Positions 50,629 through 61,142 of a stretch of 64,000 nucleotides of DNA are shown here, in pieces; position 1 is the stretch's first letter, and every line of letters starts with the position of its first letter. Location of the stretch: NCBI GenBank assembly GCA_963827655.1, contig CAWHCF010000010.1, forward strand, positions 192,001-256,000. Direction: 5' to 3'. The DNA comes from an uncultured Acidobacteriota bacterium (GTDB lineage: Bacteria; Acidobacteriota; UBA6911). A program made the translations under genes and the position numbers. The notes under the pieces were generated by a model that saw nothing but the letters and a program-made list of their open reading frames with translations, was not told where the DNA came from and did no database searches.

Positions 50629-52769
50629 ATGAACTTGAAGCCGATGGCGTCGGAGCCGACAATGCTCCATCCGATTAACAAGAGGACCATGGGGGGTGAT
50701 CGACTGTACCGGCACATTCATTACCTCTATTTGTTGCGAGTTCCGATTCTGTTCTGCGTGCTGTTGCTAGCCCTGGTTGCCGTCGCGGTCCCGAAAGATG
50801 GCGCCGCGGCGAGTCTGCTTCGGGGTACGTTCGACATCGCACCGCCTGGCGCGAGCTTCTGCGTCCAGTACGTTTCGTTTCTCTTCTGCGTCATGGCGGC
50901 TGCAAGCGTGGCATTTGCCATCTACATGACGGCGTACCTGGTGCTCCAATACTCCCACGCGCGGTCAAAAGCGGCCAAAATCTCCAAGACAGACCTCGAC
51001 AACGCGGACCTGCTGCTCGTAATCCTTAGCGTCCTCCCGGCGGTGGCGCTGGTGATGGGGGCCTGGGCCGTAACCGATGTTCTGTGGTATGTCGCGCTCG
51101 GGGCGCTCGTGAGCGGTGTGGCGCTGAGCGTCGCCCTTGTATATGTGCGTCCATGTCTGTAACCCGCCGGGGTGGCCACTCCGGTGGCTGGCGGCGAGGT
51201 TCCAGCACTCACCGGCCGGCTTCCTTGACCAGAGGGACGATTTTCTTCCCGGCCATCGGCTCGCCCTCCTCTACCTGATCTTCAGTGTCGCGCTTTACGC
51301 GCTAGCCGGCGTCGTCAAGGGATTCTACCTTGAAGAGAAGATTGTGTTCTCGACGCTCACGATGCTTTTGCTGTGGGCCGCGCTAGCCTGCTGGGCATCC
51401 GGCTTCGTGGCGTTCTTTTTCGACCGCTATCGGATCCCGTTCTTGATTCCACTGGTCCTGTATCTCGGTGCGGGATCGTTTTCTCGAGAGAACGACCACT
51501 TCTTTCCATCCCAGAAAGTCGAGCCACCCGAGCAGGTGACGCCGGGGATTGCACTCGAAAAAGGCGAGCACGACACTGTCATCGTGGTTGCTGCGACCGG
51601 AGGAGGCATTCAGTCAGCCGCCTGGACGGGGAATGTGCTGGCCCGGCTCAAGGAGACGTTTGGCGATGTCCCCCAGTTCGACCGTTCCGTGCGGCTGGTC
51701 AGCTCGGTCTCGGGCGGCAGCGTCGGCGCCATGTATTTCCTGCACGCCTATCAGAACGGGGTCCTTCCCTCCGGCCCGGAAGAACTGCGCTCGCGCATTA
51801 TCGAGCCGGCGCAGGCATCGAGTCTCGACGCCGTCACCTGGGGCTGGTTGTTCCAGGACCAGTTGCGGGCGTTCATCCCGTTCGGCTGGGAGGCGACTGG
51901 GTTTGCTTGCAAACGATCGTGGATTGAGTTTACAGGAGGCATGGTCGGAACGCGCGACGGGGATCGGGAACGCAACACTTGCCTCGTGGCGGCGCGATGC
52001 GGCAGCCGGCCTGCGTCCGGCGGTAATTTTTAACACGACCGTGGTTGAAACGGGACAGCGGCTGCTGCTGTCGACGACCGATCTGAGGAAGCGCGAGAAG
52101 GGATGCGCTCCACGGGCCGCTGCGCTTTCGGCGAGCGTCGGTTTCTACGACCTGTATCCGTGCTCGGATATCACCGTTCCGACGGCGGCGCGGCTGTCGG
52201 CGACCTTCCCGCTGGTGACTCCGGCGGCGCGGATCGAGCAAGGCGGGACCTGTGAGCGGCACAACCATGTCGTCGACGGCGGCTACTACGACAATTACGG
52301 GATGTCTTCGCTGCTGGAGTGGCTCGACATAGGTTTGCAGCAGACGAGCGCGATCCGAAACGTGATTGTCCTCGAGATCCGATCTTCTCCCGCGGCGGAA
52401 GCCTCTCCTGCCGAGGGTAAGTTCGGCTGGTTTTTCCAGACAGGTTCAGCTCTCACCACAATGGCAAAGGTGCGGGAGGATGCGCAGCTTGCCAATAACA
52501 ATCGGATGCTCTGCATGGCGAGACGCCTGTGGGCCTCAAAATCCGTGACGATCACAAGTTTCCCGGTTGTGTACCAGTCTCCGGAGCAGGGCGCGAAGCC
52601 GCCGACGCCTCCCTTGTCGTGGCACCTGACGGCGGAACAGAAGGCGAACATCGAAGGTGCCGCCGCCAGGGCGGCCCAGGGAGTGATCCGCGACGTTAAA
52701 AGCTGTTTTACCAACCCACAGAAATGTGGAGAGCTGGCGAGAAACTATGACGACGCCTGTCGGAATTGA
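50629..52769 (+). CDS. Patatin-like phospholipase with multi-TM N-terminal region; frameshifts near 51150 and 51890
   Basis: About 7-8 TM segments, then ATGGGIQSA, SSVSGGS (nucleophile), ARLSATFP, VDGGYYDN, spread over three consecutive ORFs. Confidence 0.82.
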
Positions 52770-53534
52770 GCGACCCGTTCGGTGGCTTGCATGGTGCGCC
52801 ATTGTGATGGCGGCACTGGCCGTGGCCATGGGGGTCCACAAGGCAGCATCGGGCTATGAGGATCGTGAGCTGCCACGGGGCGTCAGCCATCCGATTTTCG
52901 CGCTCCAGCTGGCGGGGAGCGACGCGGAGGTCCGCCTGATAGCAGGATGTTCGAACACCACCGAGAGGCTGGCGCAGTGCCGTGATGAGGCCACGCTGCG
53001 GTGGCAAGTCTACCTCGATTTTCCGTTCGTGGCCGCTTATACCGGGTTTCTACTTACTTGTGCGTGGGTCACGGGTGCGCGGTGGCCGAAGCTGTGCGTT
53101 GGATCGCCTGGGCGGGTGCAATTGCGGCAGTCGTGGCGGCGGCCATGGACTTTCGCGAGAACTTTGCCATGCTGCGGACGCTTGCCGGTAGTGGAGCCGA
53201 TGGCGTCCGCGATGCGGGCTACGACAAATGGGTCTGGGTGTGCGTCGCGGCCTGTTTTGCGGCCCTGGCGGCGTTCGCCGTGGTCTCCGGGCGTGGATTC
53301 TGGTGGAGGTTGATCTCGGTCGCGGTTGCTGCCCAGATCCTGGCGGGCGCCGTGGTCGTGTGGAGCGCAAGCACGAGTGGATGCGACCTGCGGCTGGAGG
53401 AAGGCGCGATGCGGACGATGTCCGGGCTGGCAATGCTGGCGCTGTTGGTGCTGGTGCTAGCCTTCGGCGCGGCCCTCAAGCGTTTCGCCTTTGACAAATT
53501 GGGAGCGCGCTGGCGTCGCGCCGTGTGGGGATAA
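52747..53534 (+). CDS. Membrane protein coupled to the patatin gene; frameshift near 53090
   Basis: ALQLAG ... LDFPFVAAY ... DFRENFAML; about 6 TM segments; overlaps the patatin stop. Confidence 0.65.
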
Positions 53535-53594
53535 AGCGATTTTGGAGTGCGGTAGCTAGCTCTGAACCTTACACGCATCTCACCGTCTTGCGAT

Positions 53595-53794
53595 CGCCCC
53601 GAGGGCGACTGAAATTAGCCTGGGCAAGCGAAGCGCGGCCCGGGGTTTGCGGCGTATGTCCAAGCGCCCTGAAGGGGCGCAGGAGCATTGAGGGGGAAGC
53701 GTCCAGCGCCCCTCCGGGGCGCGTCTCTTTGCTTGGGTAAACCGGGGCAGCGCTTCGCTTGCCCCCGGCTAATTTCCGTCGCCCTTTCAGGGCG
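53595..53794. repeat. ~200-bp nested palindrome, REPIN-like non-autonomous element
   Basis: Arms GGGCGACTGAAATTAGCC..GGGCAAGCGAAGCGC / GCGCTTCGCTTGCCC..GGCTAATTTCCGTCGCCC, with small internal hairpins such as GCGCCCTGAAGGGGCGC. Confidence 0.75.
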
Positions 53795-53950
53795 CGAAGG
53801 TAATCGTTTGACCTTAGCCTAACAAGTCAGTTGTGCCTCGCTCGGAAGCCGGACGTGCTTGATAGCCCGTCCGCACATGCGATCGGTACCGTTTTCAGAC
53901 AATCTCGTTCCTAAGCGTAGTTTGCTATCCGCCAGCGGAACAGGAAGGTC

Positions 53951-55732
53951 CTACTTCGTCGTCGGCACTTCCAGTTCGAAGGCGATTTCGCCGCGGCGCC
54001 AATCAAGGGCTGCGCCCGGCGGCGCCGGTTGGACATTGACCGGTACCGTCAGCACTCCGACGGCGCGGCGCAATTCCTTTTCCGGGGCGTTGGCATAGGG
54101 ATTAAAGGGGAGCACAGGCCAGGTCAGCCGGGCGGCCGGATCGACACGGAGGGTCCAGCCGCGATGGCGGATCCAGCCGCCAATCTGGTCGGGGAGCAGC
54201 TCGACGCGGCTGGCATCCAGAGCGACCTTCGTCCTGGCGGTTTCCAGCATCTCGCCTCCCTGCAAGCGGAGTTGCAGGTTGAGCTGTACATCTTGCAGCC
54301 GTCCGCGGCCCGTCTCGGTGATCGCGAAGCGCAGCGCCACGCGATCGTCGCGCGGCGCCGGCACCTCGGCTTCGGCGAAAAAGGTGAAATAGCCCAGGCC
54401 AAGCCGGTCGCGCTCGTCGTTCATTCGCAGCCGGCTACTGAGCGGTATCGTCGTTACGCGCGGGGCAGGCGCCGGAGGCGTCCCGCTCGACGCGACGTTT
54501 CCCTCGCGCGGAGCCTGCGGACTGCGATCGACGGTCTTCTCCAGAAATGTGGCCAGCTCCGGCTGATACTTGGAGTTGGCGCCGGTGATAATCAGTCCAA
54601 GCTTTTCGTGATAAATGCTCAGGTGACCCTGTCGGTCCAGAGTGAACTGACTGTCGATCGGGGTATCGATCAGGCCGGAAAGGCAGACAACCCAGGGCCC
54701 GCTCTTGCGAATCCCCGCAGCTTCTTTCATCTGGTAGGCGGAACGGGTCAGCTCTTGCGGAATTGGCTCGGTCGGTCCCTCGTGATAGTAGAGCGCGCTT
54801 TGTGAGAGCCGGCCCAGATCGCGCGAGCTTGTTTTCCCGGGCGTGAAGAAACCGGCCAGGAAAGCGGCATAGCGGCGACCGTCGGGCCAGTGAGAAAAGC
54901 CGAATTGGCCCCACGGGCTGACGGCCCAGTGCCGGTTACGGCCGTTGATCGTCTCGACCGGCGTGCCGTCGGGCCACGTGAAATTCTTGTGGAAGTTGGT
55001 CGCCCGCCGCAGGGCCTCGAGCGCCGCGGGGTCGCGGCTGTGTTCCCAGTAAAGGGCGACGCAGCACATGGTCAGATAGTTATAGCCGGTCGCGGGCCCG
55101 TTGTCGGTGAATTCGGCCCAGTAGCCATCCGGGGTCTGTTCCTCGGAGGCCAGCCGGTGGAGCGCGCGCGCGCCCAGCTGCTCCCATTCCTTGTTCGCCA
55201 GGACCCGCCCGGCCAGATAGGTCGTCGAGGCGAAGAGCGCATAGTGATTGGTCGAAGTCCGAATGTACGGTCCCTGGTAGCGGGGGAAGTCAATGCGATA
55301 AGCCACCTGGCCGGCGAACCAGCGCGTGATCTTCTCGATCTCCCGTTGCCAACGGGCGCGCCGCTCATTGCCCAGCTGGGTTTCGAGCAAGCGAAACGTA
55401 TCGAGCCAGAAATGGATTTCCCACTCGTAGTCCTGCTTGTTTTCGGCAGTGTCCTTTTCGCTCTGGCCGGCAAACAGATCGCCAAGCTTCAGCGCCAGGT
55501 CGAGCTTCTGTTTGTCGCCCAGCGAGGGATTGGCCTGATGCTTCTTGGTGTAGAGCACGGCTGCGGCCAGCATTGCGCCGTGGTTGGACTTCAAGTTGTC
55601 GGGTTGGAGCGGTTTCAGCTCGGCTTCCATCAGCTTGAAGTAATATCCCGGCAGCTCCACCGAAGGGGGAGCAGCCGACGCTCCCAGAACGAATCCGACG
55701 AGAATCAGGCAGGTAAAGCGACGCGGTCTCAT
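53951..55732 (-). CDS. Secreted hypothetical protein, possibly alpha/alpha-toroid plus beta-sandwich (heparinase II/III-like lyase architecture)
   Basis: Signal peptide; helical N-half with STNH and QTPDGYWAE..GPATGY; beta-rich C-half. The fold is inferred only. Confidence 0.6.
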   Translation of the reverse strand: MRPRRFTCLILVGFVLGASAAPPSVELPGYYFKLMEAELKPLQPDNLKSNHGAMLAAAVLYTKKHQANPSLGDKQKLDLALKLGDLFAGQSEKDTAENKQDYEWEIHFWLDTFRLLETQLGNERRARWQREIEKITRWFAGQVAYRIDFPRYQGPYIRTSTNHYALFASTTYLAGRVLANKEWEQLGARALHRLASEEQTPDGYWAEFTDNGPATGYNYLTMCCVALYWEHSRDPAALEALRRATNFHKNFTWPDGTPVETINGRNRHWAVSPWGQFGFSHWPDGRRYAAFLAGFFTPGKTSSRDLGRLSQSALYYHEGPTEPIPQELTRSAYQMKEAAGIRKSGPWVVCLSGLIDTPIDSQFTLDRQGHLSIYHEKLGLIITGANSKYQPELATFLEKTVDRSPQAPREGNVASSGTPPAPAPRVTTIPLSSRLRMNDERDRLGLGYFTFFAEAEVPAPRDDRVALRFAITETGRGRLQDVQLNLQLRLQGGEMLETARTKVALDASRVELLPDQIGGWIRHRGWTLRVDPAARLTWPVLPFNPYANAPEKELRRAVGVLTVPVNVQPAPPGAALDWRRGEIAFELEVPTTK

Positions 55733-56044
55733 GACATGGCCTCCATGCGGCGGAACAAAAACCAACCACTAAGAAGACTCGCAGAAACGCTAAGCTTCGC
55801 ACTCGGCGCGAATGTCGGCAGTGAGTTCTTGAAGGGTTTCCGTTTGTGCCGGCCTAAGGCTCAGGATCGCGCCACTTCGGGTGCGCCGAAGGCCCAGCTG
55901 GCTCTGTCCTCGCACCTCACGTACAGACCTCGAAAACGCACGTCGCTACGCGCACTCGCCAGACGGGCCTTGGCCTGCAACAAAACAGCGACTTAGTTCT
56001 GCCGAATCGTAAGACAAAGACTCGAAGAAACGCTAAGTGTCGGA

Positions 56045-56491
56045 TCAAAACACGATGCGGTCTTTTTTGGCTTCGATCTTCTCTGCGTCCACCCCGGGCA
56101 CTTTTTTGAGGTCTTCGATCGACTTGAACTTGCCGTTCTTGGTTCGATAGGCAATGATGGCGGCGGCTTGAGAGCGCCGAAGAGAGAGCCTGCTCTCCAG
56201 CTCAATAGCGGCGGCCTTATTCACATTGACGGGGGGAACCTCCCCCGCCGGGAAGTGCTTGGCCAGGTAGTCAAGAATCAAAGCGAGCTCCTGGTCCGAT
56301 GCTTTAGTGCCTAAACCCACCATTTTGTTCAGAGTCGCCAGCCAGCCATCGCGATCCTGCCGCTTTGAGACCGACTGTTCCATATCGTGGCAACCCTTGC
56401 AGACTCTCTCGGTCTCTTCGCGTCCCGGACCTTCAGGGAGTTGCGCCCACAGATTGGTTGAGAACAGCAGAAAGAGAATTATGCCCGTCAT
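56045..56491 (-). CDS. Periplasmic c-type cytochrome fused to a ComEA-like helix-hairpin-helix domain
   Basis: Signal peptide, LPEGPG..CKGCH..W...KM, then VNVNKA..EL..AAAIIAYR..NGKFKSIEDLKKVPGV. Confidence 0.88.
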   Translation of the reverse strand: MTGIILFLLFSTNLWAQLPEGPGREETERVCKGCHDMEQSVSKRQDRDGWLATLNKMVGLGTKASDQELALILDYLAKHFPAGEVPPVNVNKAAAIELESRLSLRRSQAAAIIAYRTKNGKFKSIEDLKKVPGVDAEKIEAKKDRIVF

Positions 56492-56532
56492 AGGTTACTT
56501 TATCGTTCGACTCGCGACCGAGTCAGTCCACT

Positions 56533-58156
56533 CTAACGCTCCAGGTGGAAGCCGAACGCGTACTGCGTTCCGTCATAGCCTCCGACATAAACACGGCCTC
56601 CACCTGCCGAGAGTCCACCGCTATGCACAAAGGATGTGATCGCGCCGCCACTGTTCCACAGCTCTTTGCCGGTCACGGCATCGAGCGCGTACAAGACCGC
56701 TGTCGAGGAACGCTGTGCGCGCTGCGCGGCGGTAAGCTGAGGATCGCTCGAGCGGAACTCGCCGCTGGAGAGCGCAAAAACCACGCCATTGACGATCGTG
56801 GGCGGCAGTGGCGAAACCATGTCGCGCGAGACCCAGCGCGGTCGCAAGGTGGGAGCGCCGTTCTCTTCAACGACCTCGAATGCGACAATCGCGCCATTGC
56901 TGACCTCGCCGTTGCCGGACGCAGATCCGGCGGCTGAGGCGACCGAGCCGCCGGCCGGAGCCAATAGCCAACGTGTGCCGTCGGAGCCCTGCCAGCTGGC
57001 CAGGGAGCCCGCGGCAAAGTCCGGGTTTGAAAAAGCGGGCGTTATTGCCAGCGGCTTACCGTCCAGCGCGGCGGTGTCGAGCAACTGAATCCGGCCGTCG
57101 CGGGTAGCCACGGCGATCAGATCCTTGTCCTTGTACTCGAACACGACGGGCGAAGAAGTGAAATCCTTTCCGGCCTTGTAGGAAGTCTTGACCGTGAGCG
57201 TGCCCGGCTCGAGCGCCACCAGTTCTCCGCCCGCGGCGGCCACATAGAGCGTTCCGTCCGGACCCACCGCGAAACCTGCCGATCCGGCCACTCCGCCACC
57301 GGATTTCCAGTGAGTCACCTTCTTCGACTCCAGATCGAGCGCCCAGACACCATCTTCGACACCGCCACAACCGTTGACAGTCGCCACATACGCGGTGTTG
57401 TCAAACACGATCAGGCCGCGGGCATTCGCATTGGGCGGCAAGAACTGGATGGGCGGGTTCGGTTCTTCGCCGTTGGATACATAGAGCGAATGGAACTTGC
57501 CGTCGGACGTAACCGCGTGCACGTACTGCGGACCGCGGGCGAACGGGTTGGGCGCAGGCGCGGTTCTGCGGCCCGCCCCAGTCGCCGGAGTTGCCGGAGC
57601 CGGAGGCTGAAGTGGCCGCTCTTTCAGGGTGACCGCACCCTCGAAGGGTTCGCCAACTCCCGACTTTGCCGGCCCGCCCCGTCCGAAACCGCGGATAGCG
57701 GCCACCGCAGGGTATGCGACAAAAGTGGGACGCGTAAGGCTCGAGGTCATTCCTCCGGGGCAGAGGAGGGACGCGGGCGGCGCTGGAATCCGATGCAAGA
57801 CTCTTTTCCCACTCGATGCGGGCCATGTCGACGTCCATCGCGATGATTTTGTCCGAACTGCCGCCCACGAATCCGAGCGAACGGAAGCCGCGGTACCCGA
57901 TGTAGAAGTCGAACAGCACCGCCGGCATCAATGAATTCAGTTGCCGAGCCTCGTTTTGCAACTTGAGCTTCCATACGAGCTCAAAGCCGGGCTTCGCCAT
58001 GGTCGCGGCGGAAATCTTTGCGTCCCCCCGGACCCAGGACGACCGCTGGCCATCGTTGCCCATGGTCGTCCAGTCCGTACCACGCTGGGCGTACAACTGG
58101 CTTATGGCTCCAAGTGCGTAGCCTGCGAACACCGCGGAACGAACTAACTTTTGCAT
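56533..58156 (-). CDS. PQQ-binding-like beta-propeller protein; frameshift near 57780
   Basis: Signal peptide, [44 protein letters not shown]. Confidence 0.82.
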
Positions 58157-58480
58157 ACCAAGAAAACTCCTCTTCGGTTCGCGACCGGAAACTCGGTGAT
58201 TTGAAGCCAGGTTTCCGTCAAATCCGGCGTCCGAGCAATCCGCGAAACACTTGGCATTGTTCATCGGCTATCTTTGCGATTGGTGTCCTGGACGCTTGAC
58301 TTAAAATAGCCCTTCGAAAAATCGCCCACTAACCATAAACATCGACCTTGCCGTACGATGGATCGTCTTCAATCCCCTTACTCCGGGGATGTCACACGCG
58401 TACGGTTTGCTGTATAGTGAGGCGTTTGGGGAGAAAAGTAAAGCCACGTCGACTCATCTGCGTCGTCGGAGAGACCGCCC

Positions 58481-60034
58481 ATGAGAAGATTCCGAATCGT
58501 TGTTCCGTCGTTCCTATGGCTGCTTGGCGTCAGCGCCTGGAGCGCTGACTGGCTGACTGATGGCGGCGATGTGATGCGCACCAACTGGCAGAAGGACGAA
58601 AGCATCATCAACACGAAGAACGCGAAGGACATCAAGTTACTTTGGAAAATCAAGCTGGACAACCAGCCGCGCCAGATGCATTCGCTCCTCCCTCCGCTCG
58701 TAATTGGACGCGTCAACACCGGCAGCGGTCCGAAGCAGCTCGTCATCCAGGCCGGCGTCTCGGATAATCTCTATGCTATCGACGTTGCTACAGGTGAACT
58801 CCTCTGGAAGAGGCGTTTTGAAAGCACATACGAGGACCCGCCCGGCGCCCGCGGACCGACTGTGCTGTGCCCCGGAGGCATGACGGCAAACGTGACGATC
58901 GGACCCGGGGGAGAGCCCGGCAAGTACACTATCTACGCCGCCTCCTGGGACGGCCGCCTGTGGCAGGTCAACGCTGCCGACGGAAAGGACAATGCTCCGC
59001 CTGCCAAATTCATGCCCCCCAACGGCAAGCCGTATGCGATGAACCTGTTCAAGAACGTTCTGTACACCCACAGCGCGCAGGGTTGTGGCGGCAACCCGAA
59101 CGTCGTCTACGCCTATGATCTGGCCACCCACAAGGTAGGCAGTTGGGGACCGGCGGGCGGGGGCATGTGGGGCCGATCCGGTCCTGCCATCAGCGCCAAC
59201 GGAACGATGTATACCGGAACGGGCGACGGGCGTTGGGACCCGGAAAACGGAGTCTTCGGCAACGGTATTATCGGCGTGAAGCAGAATCCCGAGACCAAGA
59301 GTCTGGAGCTCGTGGACTACTACGGGCCTTCCAACGCCGAATGGCTCTTCAAGCGTGATCTGGATATGCAGGTGACGCCCACCATTTTCAGTTACCAGGG
59401 CAAGGAGTACATGGTGGACGCCAGCAAGGAGTGTCGTCTTTACTTTATGGATACGGAATCCATCGGCGGCGACGATCATCGGACACCAGTCTACCGCACG
59501 CCCCTCATCTGCAATGAAATTGTGGATTTTGCGGAGGCCGGCATCTGGGGTTCCCTGGCCACGTGGGAAGAATCGAATGGAACCCGTTGGCTGTTGACAC
59601 CCTTTTGGGGACCGAAGCACTCCCAGTTCAAGGCGCCGGTGGAGCATGGCGAAGTCAAGAAGGGCGCCATCGCAGCGTTCAAGGTGGAGCCGAAGGAGGG
59701 CAAAGTGCAGTTGTCGCCGGCGTGGATTTCGCGCGACATGGATCAGGCCGAGCCCCCCGTGATCGCCAATGGCGTGGTATATGCCTATGGCAGCGGCGAA
59801 AACACGGCGCAGGCATTTCCGGACGTGGGCCTCGACTTCCGGATGGAGCGGCGACTTCCCAAGTCGACGCACGCCGTGCTGTACGCCCTGGATGCCCAGA
59901 CAGGCAAGGAGCTCTGGTCCAGCGGCAAGCAGATCCCCACGTGGAATCACTGGGGCGGTCTCGCGATGGCCAACGGGCGGGTGTACATCAACACGTACGA
60001 CGGGGTTCTGTACTGCTTCGGCATCAAGAAGTGA
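58481..60034 (+). CDS. PQQ-binding-like beta-propeller protein (divergent paralog)
   Basis: Signal peptide, [53 protein letters not shown]. Confidence 0.88.
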   Translation: MRRFRIVVPSFLWLLGVSAWSADWLTDGGDVMRTNWQKDESIINTKNAKDIKLLWKIKLDNQPRQMHSLLPPLVIGRVNTGSGPKQLVIQAGVSDNLYAIDVATGELLWKRRFESTYEDPPGARGPTVLCPGGMTANVTIGPGGEPGKYTIYAASWDGRLWQVNAADGKDNAPPAKFMPPNGKPYAMNLFKNVLYTHSAQGCGGNPNVVYAYDLATHKVGSWGPAGGGMWGRSGPAISANGTMYTGTGDGRWDPENGVFGNGIIGVKQNPETKSLELVDYYGPSNAEWLFKRDLDMQVTPTIFSYQGKEYMVDASKECRLYFMDTESIGGDDHRTPVYRTPLICNEIVDFAEAGIWGSLATWEESNGTRWLLTPFWGPKHSQFKAPVEHGEVKKGAIAAFKVEPKEGKVQLSPAWISRDMDQAEPPVIANGVVYAYGSGENTAQAFPDVGLDFRMERRLPKSTHAVLYALDAQTGKELWSSGKQIPTWNHWGGLAMANGRVYINTYDGVLYCFGIKK

Positions 60035-60045
60035 ACCCCGTATGG

Positions 60046-60072
60046 GATTGACGATTGACGATTGACGATTGC
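60046..60072. repeat. Family A heptamer tract
   Basis: (GATTGAC)x3-4 just after the stop codon. Confidence 0.8.
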
Positions 60073-60178
60073 GACGCAGGGACGTTGAGAGAAGATGGGC
60101 CAGCGCGTGGCATCTTTACGCTTTCGCTTTCACAGAACGGGTAGAAGAAACCTTGGCTGCACCCCCGGCAGAGCCTGC

Positions 60179-61048
60179 ATGCAGGCTGTCGCGTTTCTCG
60201 ACGCGCCGCGCGGTTTCGGCCGCCTTGCGGTGCGATCAAATGAGAAACGCACTCCGCGCGCCGCCGGCCGATCTCGCAACCGGCTCTGTGGATTTCGGTA
60301 TTTCTTCGGCTTGGTTGTGCTCCTGCTGTCCAGTGTTGGAGTGTCGGTCCAGGCCCAAACGGTGGACCCTGCCAGGACCATCGCCGAGTTGGAACGGGAG
60401 TTGGCCGCTCACGTGCGCCTCCTGAGTGACTGGGGCGGTCTCACACGGTACGGCAGCGAGAATGCCGATCTGGGTCCCCCGGCTCCGGGCGTTGATCGAG
60501 TGGTTTTTCTGGGCGATGAGATCACCGAGATGTGGGGCCGGGGCGAGGCGAAGTTTTTCCCCGGAAAGCCGTTCTTGAACCGGGGCATTCGTCATCAGAC
60601 CACGCCCCAAATGCTGGTCCGCTTCCGCCAGGATGTCATCAGCCTGAAGCCGAAGGTCGTGGTGATCCAGGGAGGTTCCAGCGACCTGGCGGGTTACTCG
60701 GGTCCAGCCACCCAGGGCACCATCTCCGAGAATTTCATGTCGATGACCGAACTTGCCAAGGCCAACGGCATTCGCGTTGTGCTGGCCTCGGTCACGCCGG
60801 TCTGCGACTGCTTCAAGATCCTGACGGACCGCCGGCCGCCGGGAAGGATCATTGGAATCAACGGATGGTTGAAGGATTACGCGGCCGAAAGCGGTTCGGT
60901 CTACCTCGACTACTATTCTGCGCTGGTCGAAGGCCGGGCAATGAGGAAGGAATTCACCGTGGACGGTCTCATCCCGAACGACGCCGGTTACAAGGCGATG
61001 GCTTCGCTGGCCGAGCAGGCCATAATCCAGGCTCTGGGCCCGAAGTGA
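60179..61048 (+). CDS. SGNH/GDSL-fold protein lacking catalytic residues; start uncertain
   Basis: RVVFLGDEIT, NRGI..QTTPQMLVRFRQDV, GGSSD, DGLIPN. Confidence 0.82.
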   Translation: MQAVAFLDAPRGFGRLAVRSNEKRTPRAAGRSRNRLCGFRYFFGLVVLLLSSVGVSVQAQTVDPARTIAELERELAAHVRLLSDWGGLTRYGSENADLGPPAPGVDRVVFLGDEITEMWGRGEAKFFPGKPFLNRGIRHQTTPQMLVRFRQDVISLKPKVVVIQGGSSDLAGYSGPATQGTISENFMSMTELAKANGIRVVLASVTPVCDCFKILTDRRPPGRIIGINGWLKDYAAESGSVYLDYYSALVEGRAMRKEFTVDGLIPNDAGYKAMASLAEQAIIQALGPK

Positions 61049-61095
61049 TCCAGGCACCGGTCTGATGATTGTCGCGAAACCACCCGATACATGTG

Positions 61096-61119
61096 CGGAC
61101 GGGCTATCAAGCCCGTCCG
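61096..61119. terminator. GC-rich hairpin between convergent genes
   Basis: CGGACGGGC-TATCAA-GCCCGTCCG, perfect 9-bp stem but no clear U-tract. Confidence 0.4.
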
Positions 61120-61142
61120 GCCCCCTGGTGGCACAAAAGCTT

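Noticed and set aside
53817-53850. Integron attC site (GCCTAACAAGTC...)
   Set aside because: No matching GTTRRRY end or attC-like palindrome downstream, and no integrase or cassette array.
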